Below are positions 39,097 to 51,612 of a stretch of 64,000 nucleotides of DNA, piece after piece. Each line of letters opens with the position of its first letter. The stretch's first letter is position 1. The stretch is from NCBI RefSeq assembly GCF_003704095.1, contig NW_020847331.1:186001-250000 (forward strand). Reading direction: 5' to 3'. Origin of the DNA: Pocillopora damicornis (lineage: Eukaryota). The notes beneath the pieces are model-generated. The model had not been told where the DNA came from. It made no database searches and was given only the letters and a program-made list of their open reading frames with translations. The position numbers and the translations under genes were made by a program.

Positions 39097-40716
39097 TAGT
39101 ACTTATGGCGCATGTCTATACCATTTGATAAAAAGGTCAATTTTCATCGACGCATTCCCTTCATTTTCCTTGTGGCAGGAAACTGATATGTTCCGAGTTC
39201 CTGGCCAACATGCCCTCGAGTCATGACCAAATATTTCGATCAGGTCATACATTAGATATATTCCAGAATGTTTGTAGCCAATGTAAAGTTAGGAGCACCG
39301 AGAAGAAAGACGCCGGAACTGTCTGATTAAAACTTTCACTGGGAGGAGGTTTTTAATTTGCATCAATTGGTAAAGATTAAATGATTTTCTGGAGAAACTG
39401 TGACACCATCGTATTTTCCACCGTAGATGTCATTTTAGGAGCCTGTTCCAGGCTGTAACTCACCACTGTAGAAGCGGGAGAAATAGCAGGGGAGACAAAG
39501 GACGTTTGCAGTTGTCACTGAAATGGCCCCTATTTCCTCGTTTCCTCGAAGCAAGAACCAGGACACAGCAACTGACAGTTTGATCCATCTTTCTCGGAAA
39601 AAAGCTGGTGTAAAATGATTTGCACCCTTAGCCAGCAACCTGCATCAGAGATCACTTAAGTAATGCATTGAACAGTAGTCGAACAGTTTTTCAGACATTA
39701 AATCATTAATCCCTTGAATGTTTAAGATTATAAATTATTCATCCATTGCCGTCTGTTATATTTTAAATGTAAATATACCAAAGACCTCAACCTTTATACA
39801 GGGCTTATGTTTATGTGTACAGAGTCTCAAAGAGGTGTTGGCTTTCACGGCTAACAATTAAGATTCTGTCCAATATGAGTTAATAACTTTCCATTGTCGT
39901 TACCAAAAAATTTATCCTGAAGTTTGTGTTAAGTTGCGGTGATACGGCTGGAACAAAAGGCAATATAAGTCATTAGCATGCATAAGAAGAGAAACAGCTA
40001 CGACTTAGATAGCAAACCGAATTTAAATTAGAGCACCTGAAAGTTTCAGTAACTGTCTCAATTGTAGCTGTAGAAATGAAACTTGAAATTTGCCATAAAA
40101 CTAGCTATTCGATTCGGGTTGGAAGAGGCCGATTCTATAAGCAGTAGAGAGCAAAGCTCGCATGTTGTTGACCAATAATTTTCTTTTGACAGTAAAGTCC
40201 ACAGTGAATCAACCCTCCTAAAATATAATATTATGCTGCTGTCCAAATGACGAGTACCTGCCACGAATTTTGTTTTGAATATGGCAATATTAACTACCAC
40301 AAAAACGTTCACGAAAAGGCAAAATGATTTTGAGGACATGGGGTTATTCTTCGTCGTACATTCTTTATCACCGTTGTATCAGCCATGGGCGATCTTTTGG
40401 GGGCCAAAGCGAGACAGCTGAGGTAGGAAATGATGTACAAAATAAACTCTTTGTCCTTCACATTTGAAATTAAAGCTTTGAAAAGCAATAAAAAAGGCTT
40501 TTTGAAATAGGCGCTACGGAAAACAGTAAAGGCCCTCTTTTCCCTGATTTTCGCGAAGCGTGGCGTCTGATTATTTTTTTTTTCAGCCAAACGCTTACAT
40601 CTTTGTGCAATGAAATCGCAGATGAATGAACATGATAGCGCTGATTTTATATATTAGTGCAACGTTTTCTGAGACATAAAATAATGGAACGTATAAGTTC
40701 TAGAGCACTTCAATGT

Positions 40717-40799
40717 TTCACCAATTGTCTAACTAACCATACAATTAGTTGGGATAATTCTAAAATTATCACCACTAATCGGCGTTACCACCAGCGCCT
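40717..40799 (+). mobile_element. Penelope-like retroelement fragment (C-terminal part of the GIY-YIG endonuclease region), cut by an assembly gap
   Basis: Translates ..CLTNHTISWDNSKIITTNRRYHQR, matching the H-x-I-x-W-D-N-x-K-I..R motif I recall from the end of PLE GIY-YIG domains. Confidence 0.65.
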
Positions 40800-42631
40800 N
40801 NNNNNNNNNNNNNNNNNNNNNNNNNNNNNNNNNNNNNNNNNNNNNNNNNNNNNNNNNNNNNNNNNNNNNNNNNNNNNNNNNNNNNNNNNNNNNNNNNNNN
40901 NNNNNNNNNNNNNNNNNNNNNNNNNNNNNNNNNNNNNNNNNNNNNNNNNNNNNNNNNNNNNNNNNNNNNNNNNNNNNNNNNNNNNNNNNNNNNNNNNNNN
41001 NNNNNNNNNNNNNNNNNNNNNNNNNNNNNNNNNNNNNNNNNNNNNNNNNNNNNNNNNNNNNNNNNNNNNTTTTTTTTTTTTTTTTTTTGCGGGGGCTGAT
41101 TTCATGTACTGTTGGAGAGCAGAGCTACTACGCTGTCGGTCAATTATTTGTTTGTGACAGAACATCAATAATAAATCAGCTCGATGGTGATAAAGCAATT
41201 CAAGCTAGATTAAACTGAAAATGATTTTGACACATGTGGTTTTCGATCTTTTTCATTTTCAATCATCGTTGTATCAGGCGTGAATGTTCCTTTGAGATCC
41301 AAAGGTAGATAGCCTAGGTAGGAAATTATATTCAGCTAAAATCTTATCCTTAATACTTGTAATTGTATTTTGGAAAAGCAAGAAGCAAAAAGACCTTTTT
41401 TAAGGGGCACAGTTTTTTTAGAACAGGAGGGTTCTCTTCCTTTTAAGCCAAAGACTACACAAGTTTTGTAATCTGAAATTATGGATGATTTGATGATCAG
41501 AAAAGTGCTTTGAAAACATAATCCTATACATTAGTGCAAAGTTGTCGGGTAGCAAAATTGGAAAAAAGGTGCAAATTCATCTTCATGTTTATTAAAAAAC
41601 CGATATTTAAGAACTGACAATAGTTAGGGATCCTTTCGTGATATCTCAATTAAAGGCCAAGAAGATCGAGAACACAACTAATTTACAACAGCTTGAAATG
41701 AAGTCCTAACAACAAAGTTATGCTGACCGGTAGATTTCGTGCGAAATGCCCTTAAAATCTGCTAGCATCAATTGCATATGCTAAGTGCATGTATTGTTAA
41801 GCAAAATAAGAACCAGGCATCCAATTAATCAGTGTTAAAGTTAGACTGCACCTTTCCAAATTCTTGTGTTTCTTCTACCGTTACACCGACCACCAGCCCA
41901 ATCTCACTTAATGGGTTGTAATTTCACTACGTTTTGCGTGGGGCGCCATTTTAAGAGACCATGCTCTAATATCACACACCCTGCCCATTAAGTCTTAAGT
42001 TTGTATATTCCTTTCACTGTTAGCTATAGGTTAATTAACTCTTTAATACTGTGCATCCTTCGAAATTTAAATTACCATCTTTATTGTAATTTTATCTTTA
42101 CTGCCAAAGTAATTTAATACAGATTGTCGATCATTCTAAATCTTGTCACGATGTACTATGATTTATCTTGGAGCAAACTAGTTAATGTTCTAAGGAGGAA
42201 AAAAACCTAGCTAATGTAGCTATAGAGAGAGTTGACATCTCGTATTTATTTCATTCAGTACTCTCCAATGAAATCTTTATATTCAGCTTACTCCCATTCT
42301 GCTAATTTCGTGATATTGGTCTTGGTCATTCGTTAAGTGTCTTTTACATTTTCTTGTGATATTTGACTTGATAATCGGGATCTTTTTTCATACAAAGTAG
42401 CTTCACAGAGTTTACAAACCCAGTTGTTTCAACGTTCAAGCCAAAAAACTGTCTCGTCATCAAACACTATAACACCTGTCTCCCTTTTTAATTTCCATGA
42501 TTTTTTTCTGGCTTCTCTCGGTGGAGAGCATAAGAATATAAAAGACCTCTTTTAAGCTATCACTGAATGAACCTAAGGATAACCCGATCTTCGCAAGAAA
42601 TCGAGGTTCTTCCACTAGAGAAAAAACACTC

Positions 42632-43528
42632 ATGGCCAAAGAAGACGAAATGTATATTGCATTCGGTTACATTATTTACTCACTGTCGCTGGTGCTATCA
42701 GTGGCAGGAAACTGCCTCGTTCTTTTTGTTTGCTACCGTTCAATAAAGAGGCAAGGGTGTTTACTAAAATGGTTCATAGCCAATCTAGCCGTCGCTGATC
42801 TAACGTTTGCATTGTTGTCTATACTAGACGCGATAGCCGATCACTGGACCTGGGTTGGAGGAAAGATCACTTGTAAGCTGCAAAGTTTCTTCATAGAAGC
42901 CTGTTATACATTATCCATAACAACCCTTTCTCTTATAAGCTTTGAGCGACTCAAGGCTGTTGTTGAACCATTTCGACGAATAGCGATTACTACGAAGAGT
43001 GTATACAGAAAATTGATTATCTCGTGGATTGTTAGCTTGCTTTTTGCCTCACCCTTACTTTATGCCTACCAGACGCAAGCTAACAACGAAGGAACAATTC
43101 TCTGCACCAACGACACGCTTGGAGATTTGGGAAGACAAATCTACTACAGTATTCATGCCATTGGTTTTTTCCTGGGTCCTCTCATCTTCATGATTTATGC
43201 CCAGGCTAAAATCTTCTCAACTCTGCGCTCTAGCGCAAAGGTTTCTCCCAGAAAAAATACTTTTACAGCTATGCGTTCCAGACAGCATCTAAAGGTCGCC
43301 AAACCTCTAGCAGCTCTTACATTAGCGTTTGCAGCTTGCTGGTCGCCCTTTTTCTTTGTTCGAGCGTTGAGATACTTTCACGTAACAAACGACGAGTACA
43401 TGTGGAGAGCAACGCAATTTTTGATATTTTTGAACACGTTATTAGATCCAATAATTTATGGTATCTACAGAGAGCGCGAGAATGTTAAAGCAGTTTTCAA
43501 ACTCTTATTCTCCTGTGCAAATATTTAG
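42632..43528 (+). CDS. Intronless class A orphan GPCR (FERL / GDLGRQ subgroup), 298 aa
   Basis: GN, LAVAD, CKLQS, ERL, CWSP, DPIIY. Closest paralog is 27437 (shared KPL, AACWSPF, ERENxKA). Confidence 0.92.
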   Translation: MAKEDEMYIAFGYIIYSLSLVLSVAGNCLVLFVCYRSIKRQGCLLKWFIANLAVADLTFALLSILDAIADHWTWVGGKITCKLQSFFIEACYTLSITTLSLISFERLKAVVEPFRRIAITTKSVYRKLIISWIVSLLFASPLLYAYQTQANNEGTILCTNDTLGDLGRQIYYSIHAIGFFLGPLIFMIYAQAKIFSTLRSSAKVSPRKNTFTAMRSRQHLKVAKPLAALTLAFAACWSPFFFVRALRYFHVTNDEYMWRATQFLIFLNTLLDPIIYGIYRERENVKAVFKLLFSCANI

Positions 43529-43529
43529 A

Positions 43530-44065
43530 CTACTGCACGAGTACCGTGAGGACACAAAAACTGTAAAATACTGAGCCTGTAATCTCAATTTTGGCAACAC
43601 GTTGCCAATTCTTTTATTTTGATGTGGTGAAGAGTGGTATTGGTGATAAATAGCATAAGGAAATGTTGTTTTCAGGTAGCACGGCCGAAATCGACCTGTG
43701 ACAAGTCTTCCAACCGTCAATTTTCGTTCTCAGCAGCGAGTAATACCATGACCAACGCCACAGAATACGTAACTTTCGGTTTTTCTTTTCGTATTTTGGT
43801 TTTCTTCCCTTCTAGAAACTTTTGAACGTCACTGTCTGTAAGCGATACGAAGTTTTCAGTGTTTTGGCAGCCATCATCCGAGGAAAACCTTGGATTGAGA
43901 TTGATGAAGGTTTTGCTATTCATTCATTAACATGACAGAGTGGTGCGAAAAGCTAGTGACGCGTCAGCAGCTAATTAGTAATATCCAACACACGTGAACA
44001 TTATCGTATTTTTTACGTGTGTCGTTGCGGCTTTCTCAGGGCTGGAAATCCTTGTATAATATTAA
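43530..44065 (-). mobile_element. Decayed Crypton-like (tyrosine recombinase / DUF3504-type) transposon remnant
   Basis: After two 1-nt corrections the minus strand reads FVSLTDSDVQKFLEGEENQNTKRKTESY, then ..ENEN*RLEDL. This resembles the N-terminal 'ENxNTKxKT' region I recall from Crypton-type recombinases. Boundaries are approximate. Confidence 0.45.
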
Positions 44066-44779
44066 AAAATTGTTACTTTGGCGCTGTTACCCTGTTACAG
44101 AATTGTCGCGAATTTTACCAAACGTTTCAAAGGCTGTTATTGTCCGTTAAGAGATAGATTCCTGATAATAACGACAACTTGGTGGCAGCCCAAAATTATA
44201 GACTAAATAAAGCAAAAAAGAAATACCTGTTGGCAAAAGAGTTAGACTTTTTAATGGTCAATATGTCCTTACACTGACCTCAGATAATGATAGCTTTGAT
44301 TTTATGGCTAGTTTAACTGCTATGACTTCTAAATAAGATCGAATTGGGAAGTTACCGTATGTCTGAGCTATAGGGACAAATGTAAGTGACCAACATTTGC
44401 GTCATTGCTGAGGGACCTTAAAACTGTTTTTACCTGTTGGTTATTTACTACTTCAGATCCGATAGTACATCTTTTAAATGTCATTTGCGTTAAATATGTG
44501 TTTTTTCTGACTCCAGCTTATAAAAAACGCAAAATTGAACAGATTACATATACGTGTATCTTCAATTTGCTGCCAGTGTCATCACGCATCTTTGCCGGCT
44601 TACCAGCAAGGTACAAAAAAAAAACACTAACTACAAATGATAGTGAGTTGTTTATTTGGTGAGTGGATGCCCTTTGGCAGACAAACAAAGACACGGGTAT
44701 GCTGTCTCAGAGTCTCAAACACTGATTGATCTATGAAAAAGACACCTTTCCCAAGAAACGTTGTTGTTCATAATGGCTG

Positions 44780-44967
44780 TAAACATATGAAAATCATATG
44801 TGTCCACTGCGGTTGAAGAAACGAATTTAGAATCGATCCTCGCAGTTATGAACACTACTGAACTAGTACTAGAAATAAGGCCTGAAAAAAATTCAGGTAA
44901 GTACGGGATTTGAACCCATAACCTTTGCGATACCGGTGCAGAGTTCTACCAACTGAGCTAACAAGCC
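44780..44967 (-). mobile_element. tRNA-derived SINE
   Basis: Minus strand GGCTTGT-TAGCTCAGTTGG (A box)...GGTTCAAATCCC (B box), followed by a non-tRNA body (CTGAATTTTTTTCAGGCC...CATAACTGCGAGGATCG...TCATATG). No valid acceptor stem. Confidence 0.8.
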
Positions 44968-45592
44968 TCTGCGGTATCGCCTCCTCTTTTGAGGCTGCAA
45001 AAGCTATATTTACCAGAAATATGGGATGAACACAGCAAAGTAATATTTTCTAGACCTGTTGTCGGCCCTGTTGCCTGGGTTTATACTTTACCTAGTGTTA
45101 GCACCTTTTTTCACCACCTTTTTGTGGTCACCGTAAGTATCACCAGAATATGATTAGATACAATTCGTATTAAGAAATGTACAAATTTTGACATGCTGGC
45201 AGGGATTATACTCCATTGACAGCTGTTTTATTCACAGGTGTTCTGTGTTTGTCGAAAAAGGTTAGTTGGAGAGAATAATATTTTTATTTTGTTGAAAAAT
45301 TACTTCTCTTGTATACATAACTATTTATCTCTCATACCTCTTATGGTTCTTAGTTTCATGAAGGGAGCTTTGTATGTAATTATATCAGCTGCTAAGGGCT
45401 GTATAGTGAGTGTATCTCAAATAAGCAATTGGAACCATCCAGGATTATGTTTGCATTGTTTCGGCCCTAAGAGGTGCTCTCCTTTGACACTATATGCGAG
45501 CTAAATCAGTCACCTTTTGTTAACCTAATGTAAAGATACGAAATGGCGCAAGTGAGACCATTTTATATCATACCACTAATTTTAGTCCCTTG

Positions 45593-46700
45593 TAGCCTGC
45601 AGAGCAGGCGTAATTTTGACGAGCAAGTGCTCAGTATTTACGAATATATATATATATACGAAAATTAAATTGGGGAGAGAAAAGAAGTTTGTAACAAGGG
45701 GGCGGTCGACGGTCAAAAATATGGAGAGGGTTGGGGGTGGGGAAATGAAGATTGCGCCTACCCGAAGTCACTGTTAGTTGCAAAACTCCGTTCGTGGGAG
45801 TTCCTGATTGGTGTGTTTAGGCTCCAGCTATCAATCACTAGCCAAATTTGTCATTCTGACACTTTGCCCGTGCGGGAGAAAGACTGAAAGACGGCGAACT
45901 CTGAATGTGAAGTTATTAGTTTCGATTCCGCTCTCGAGGAAGCACTTGAGTATCCTTCGGAATTTAATATGTCTCGCGCATTAAAATCAGAACAAAAAGA
46001 AGCAATTTCTACACTGGTTTCTGGTAAGGAGTTACTGACCGTGTTGCCAATTGGCTTTTGGAAAAGTCTGATATTTCAGGTGTTGGTTCTTATGAGAGAA
46101 ATTATGACGGGAAACATTCGAGCGTAGTTCTCGTTTGTCCGCTTTAACGTATTGTTTATGATCAAATGGAATAAGCAGCTTCGATCTGATTAACGGCAGC
46201 CACGCTCACGGACTGTCATTTGGAGGATATAGAGTGCGGCAAATATCAACTCGTATTTGCGTCAGCAGGGAACGTTTTGGTGTGGCCATTTTTTTCTTTG
46301 ATGAAAAAACAGCCACACCGTTTCACCAGAGTATGACGGTTTGCATCAAACAAATATTATTGCGGGTAAACCTTCGAGTGCAGTTGTTTGTTGCTTCAAA
46401 GTATCTTTTACGATCAAATGGAATTGTCAAATAGATTAACGGCAGCTATACTCAAGGATTTTCGTTTGGAAAATTAATAGTGCAGCAAATATCAGCTCAT
46501 ATTTGTGACTGCGGAGGAGGTTTTGTCGAAGCCAATTCTTTTCTGGCTAAAAAAAGACCTGTTTCACCGTTTCACTTATCGGCTCTACGTGTGTTTGTTT
46601 TTGTCGGATGACAGAACTTCCGGTTTTTTTTATTTAACTCATTTTGATTGGTTGCCTGATCATTTCCGGAAATTCAGTGACGCGCAATTGAAAACTCCCA
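45593..46700 (+). mobile_element. Non-autonomous AcademH-like DNA transposon remnant carrying a decayed RecQ-type helicase 5' fragment
   Basis: Starts TAGCCTGCAGAGCAGGCG. From 45891 it translates ..LKSEQKEAISTLVSGKELLTVLPIGFWKSLIFQ..VVLVCPL*RIVYDQ..GKYQLVFASA (RecQ motifs 0/I/Ia/Ib) with stops and a frameshift. The motif-Ib block is internally duplicated. Confidence 0.6.
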
Positions 46701-48066
46701 CGTAGCGCCTTTTTTGTGTATTTTCCTGCGGGAGAAAAACTAAATCGAATTTCTGATTCTGGCCCGTTCACGGCCAGAATGATAAAATTGTACCTAGGGA
46801 GAAGCACGTTGGCCTCTTTATATTCCAATCTTTCATTTGACCTTCATTCAAGCGCCAAGATAACTGATCCACAGACTGTTTCGCTTTTTATAAATGACGA
46901 AGTGTTACAACACATTGAACTTTAGCGGAATTATAACCAACAAATGCTGCGTTATAAGCCACTCCTTGCAAACACCCTTCAAAACTGTTTGTAAATAAGA
47001 TAAAAATGGTTGGAAAATTATAACAGTTAAAGCTGGACTGCACGGGCCTAAGTTCACCTTGAGGCTATAGCAGTCTTATCAATTATTCATTAAGCCCAAA
47101 ATGAAGAACTGCCCGCTTTTTTTGTTACACTAGATGTATTATTTCACGAACAATTTTAATCCTTGATTTGACATAGATTTGGACAGGAACTAAAGCCTTA
47201 TGAAATCATTCTGCTATCAAATGCAATCTTCTTGAGATCAGATTTTAAAACCGCTGAAGTAGCTGAAAGAAAACAATTTTCACCAAATTGAATTTGTAAT
47301 GCTTTTACTTTCAAATAAAGTAATTTTAAAAAAGTTGTAAATATTTATTTATGTATCGATGAATACTCGGGCGTAAAACGCTTATGAAAGTCGATTTTCA
47401 TTATTTTTTCAGAAACAAGAAAATGACAGGTGCATAAGTCTATTTAAATTTTGGCATCTAGCAGCCAAGATATGTAAATAGAAAAATTGGCACAAAACAC
47501 ATTTTAAATTTTCTCAAAGAGTTGATGTCAACTTTTCAATGGTATCTGACAGATTTTATTTTAATCTAAAAATTGACTTTAAAGTAATGCTTTTTACATC
47601 GGTCAGAAAAATACTATTGAACATTTGTGTATTTCTTACGGCATTTCCAATGACATCAAGATCAAATTTCTCCTGGAAACCAAAAGGTTAATAATTTATG
47701 AGCGATATCTTGGGTTTGGAAAGTAATAAACTGGCTTCCAACAATTTGCACGGTGTTTTCAAACATAACATTTAGTATGCTATGATATATTCTTACGCTC
47801 TTCATATAGTCCTATTGTACACTAAATATGCAGCTGTCGATGGAGAACTTAAAAAGGGTGGTAAACAACGAAAAGTAGAAATAAATCCATTTGAAGCGAG
47901 GGAAAGAAAATGGAAAAACCAAAAGCAGTCTTGGCATTTACCGTTGTACTTTGATTAGTTCTGTAGCGACTAAAGTTGACTTAGTTGAACAAGGACAGAG
48001 AAGTGTAAAAATTCAGCTTTAAATCATTCAGAATATTGCTAAAAAGAATATTTTACCCAAACCAAA

Positions 48067-48996
48067 ATGACGGTAAGTGACAATGTCGCTGCGCCTGGTT
48101 TGGTATTGTTTATCGTAATTTACACCTCAGTTTTCATTTTATCAACGGTTGGTAACACATGGGTTTTGCTGACTTGCTACAAGACTTTAAAAAGAAGATA
48201 TTCCCCGTTTAAGTGGTTATTGGTGAATTTAGCGATGGCGGATCTCCTGTTTACTCTTCTTTCCGTATTTAACATGATCGGATATTTGTGGCGCTGGATA
48301 GGTGGAAACAACACTTGTAAGCTTCAAGGATTCTTTGTGGAGGCGAGCTATACGACTTCCATCATGACACTTGTAACTATTAGTTACCAAAGATTAAAAG
48401 CTACCACAGATCCATTTAGTTCCAGAGCAAGAGACTGGTGCAGCAGAGAATACCTTAAACCAGTTATAATTTGGGGATTTAGCTTACTGGTCTGCACTCC
48501 TCTGCTGCAAATCTACAGCATAAAAACGGTAGACAGCAACGTTGCTTGTATGACTACGAGAAATGGAGTCACTGTCCCGCAGATTTATTACAGTTTGCAC
48601 ACGACATTATTCTTTGCGGCCCCGTTGTTTTACATGATTTTTACCCAAATCCGAATTCATCTCGCTCTTCGCACAAGCGTTAGACCAACAAGCAAATTGT
48701 TCACTTCGCGAGCACAGAGACGACACAAAAAGGCTACAAAGACACTTTCTGCACTAACTATAGCATTTGTGATCTGTTGGTCTCCTTTCATGGTCAATCG
48801 GACGCTAATATACTTTCGTTTAGCACCAAAAGGACTCATTTGGAGGGCATCTCAACTTTTAATCTTTCTCAATACCGGATTGGATCCTTTGTTGTACGGT
48901 TTGTACGACGGAGACTTAAAGTCTTTACTACGAAGAGTTCTCTACAAGAACAGGGATAACACAGTGACATCTCTTTATCAAAATACATTAGAGTGA
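48067..48996 (+). CDS. Intronless class A orphan GPCR (PQI subgroup, QRL motif), 309 aa
   Basis: GN, LAMAD, CKLQG, SYQRL, CWSP, DPLLY. About 90% aa identical to 61622 (32 differences by hand count). Confidence 0.93.
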   Translation: MTVSDNVAAPGLVLFIVIYTSVFILSTVGNTWVLLTCYKTLKRRYSPFKWLLVNLAMADLLFTLLSVFNMIGYLWRWIGGNNTCKLQGFFVEASYTTSIMTLVTISYQRLKATTDPFSSRARDWCSREYLKPVIIWGFSLLVCTPLLQIYSIKTVDSNVACMTTRNGVTVPQIYYSLHTTLFFAAPLFYMIFTQIRIHLALRTSVRPTSKLFTSRAQRRHKKATKTLSALTIAFVICWSPFMVNRTLIYFRLAPKGLIWRASQLLIFLNTGLDPLLYGLYDGDLKSLLRRVLYKNRDNTVTSLYQNTLE

Positions 48997-49543
48997 AAGG
49001 TATACTTGAAAACTTAATCTGTTGGACACAGGGCATGAGCCCGTGGCAGCCACGAAGGAGTGTTCCATAATCTACACGATTCGCAGCGGGTATTTTCTTT
49101 AAAGCTAAACAAGAGAAGGGAACAAAGAAATAGGAAATAATTTTCCTGACAGTATAAATATTTAATTCATACTGTCGTATCTATAATACGTAAAGTACAC
49201 ACCAACATCCTCAGGGATTAATTTTCTGCTGAAGAAACCTGGAAATCCACTTGATTCCTTTTACTTGTAGGAACAAAAAGTTGACAAGACACACCATCAG
49301 TAAGAGAGGAAAAGCTGAGAAAAGCAACCGGCGTTGAATGAAAAGTTCTTTTGGATATTTCGATCAATTTGCCATGCTTGCTACCTCTCAAATATTTGCA
49401 CAAACTTTCATTTTGATAGAAATGTGCCCTTCTGAATTCAGCCAAGTTATATATTTTATATGCGAAAGATAAATTAACAAAAACAGATAAACAAAATAGA
49501 ATAAGACGGAGCAAGTTCAGCCAGAAGAAGTGACTTGTCTACA

Positions 49544-49546
49544 ATA

Positions 49547-49580
<34 letters not shown>

Positions 49581-49582
49581 TA
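49544..49582. repeat. (TA)n microsatellite
   Basis: Direct read. Absent from the duplicate copy near 63217. Confidence 0.9.
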
Positions 49583-51612
49583 TGTAAATTTTGTGTGAAA
49601 GGTACCTCAGCGGTTTGTAAAAAAAGAAAAAAAAACAGATGTTTTTCTCCCACGAAAATCTTATATTTTACTGTAATTGAATAAAAATAAGTTAAGATGG
49701 TAAAAAACGAAATGTATTACAGTAGTTAGCGAAAGTCATAAAAGCCATGGTAATTTCATTATATCACAGGTTTCAAGTGAATATCAGTAAATAACATATA
49801 CCCTTACGAAGTTGTACCATCGAATTTATTGATTTACAAGGAGACTTACATTGTGAATAGGAAAAATTGGAAAGGTGTGCGTTATACTAAGGATATAACG
49901 AAAAAAGGATTTTTGCTGTGTAACCTAAAATCAAGTCGCTATAGAGTAAGGATCAGGGAGATAACCAATATCACCTGGTGAATCTTATCTAAACTGGGGC
50001 ATATTGAATAAACCATGTATTTAATCAATTTATAATAATGTAGTTTCCTTATTGCCAAGAGGTCGACAACATCGGATAAGCGTAATAAACATTCAAAACT
50101 GACCGTGATTGGGTAAGGATTTCGTTAGAAGGGAGTTCAAAGTAAGATCAACATAATTAGAAGTATAGTTCAATGATTCTTCTGATCAGTTGATAATGTT
50201 CTTTTTAAAGCTATGGTTGAATAGTTAAACCGTTTGATTAAAATAAACGTCAAAAGTTGTAAAGTTCTTAGAGTTCAAAATAAATTCAAATAGGCAGTAT
50301 TGTTACAAGGTCCTTTTGATCTAAAGTAAATTTGACATCTGTGAGATGATAGTAAGTTTTTATGTAAATTCATAAGGGCATTGAAATATGCCACTACCAT
50401 AAGTCACAAAGGTCTTCCAAGATCGCCAAGAAATATTTTGTGAAACGTTCACGGCATTAAATCGATCTGGATCTTGTCGTTAAACATTTGATGAATATTC
50501 AAAACATTTGAACTGCACAATTATCGTAACGTTGATATAATCATACTGATATGTCATTATATAGATTTATATCAAACGCTGATATAAATCATATATCACC
50601 GGTTTCGATCAAATTGGTGGGTTGTGTGGAAGCTAACACTACCTTGCACACAACGGTTTCAATCAAGTTCTGTTTAACATAACTTTTAAGTTTTGTTAAA
50701 GCAAAGAAGAAATGTTAGTTATGACAGTTACATATCATTATATTTCACTTGATCATCTTGGCAGCTTGTGTGTCCCAAGGTTTGCTTATCATTTTTAAAG
50801 TGATGTTTTATAAGAAAGAACATAGCATAACCAGATGCTACAATTTTGATAAACAGAGCGATAAATATTACAAACAGTGCTTCAACTATTCTATAAAGCT
50901 GTCCAAAACTAGAGATTAAAACTTGCCGAGGGCTTACGATGAAATTCACGGCTTTTTGAATAAGCTTATACATAAGCACTTTCACAAGATGCGGAAATAG
51001 CTTATAATTATGTTGGAAGAATGAATAGCGATTATTCTACTACATCATGCATATCTGTTGTCTTCAAATTTGGCACCACTTATGTAAAGAAAGGATTAAG
51101 AATGCTTATCGTCAGGCTCTGATCGCCTTAAGAGATAGGGCTGAGGAGATTTCCATTGAAATTAACTGATGACATCCAATTTCTTGTCAGGAAAACACAT
51201 AAACTTTCTTCATACTCCTGTTGTAACAGCTGCTTCGCAAAGTAAAGAAGCTTTCTTAATGTTTCCTGTTGATCCCGGCATAATTAAGCTAGATATATTC
51301 CATTCTACTTGAGCCACAAAAAAAGAAAAAAAAACAACAATAACAAACAAGCGAGGGTATGGACTTTCTAATAGAAGATCCAACCCAGGCAAGTTTTAGT
51401 TCTATTTACCTCTTCTTTTTTTTTTCGGGAACAAAAATGCTAAGCGAGTTTTAATAAGTTGACAGCTTGTTATAAAAACAGGTTTGGTTAAAATAAGACA
51501 AGATTCAGAATGGTCGTCGGCGCGCAATCAATCACAGAGACACACATTGGCTTTGAGCAAGGTAAGAAACGCTTGTTTAACACAGCATTTGAAGAGGACC
51601 CGAATACTACAC

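Larger units (their letters stand above)
45956..50330 (+). repeat. Segmental duplication copy A (helicase remnant + promoter region + GPCR + 3' flank)
   Basis: Collinear with 59126-64000, through to the shared TCCTTTTGATCTAAAGTAAA at 50311-50330 and 63981-64000. Confidence 0.92.

Noticed and set aside
44895-44967. Functional tRNA gene
   Set aside because: A and B boxes are present, but there is no proper acceptor stem and the sequence continues into a SINE-like body.
45891-46530. Functional host RecQ helicase gene
   Set aside because: Multiple stops and frameshifts, a broken Walker A, no DExH motif or C-terminal domain, and no splice structure.
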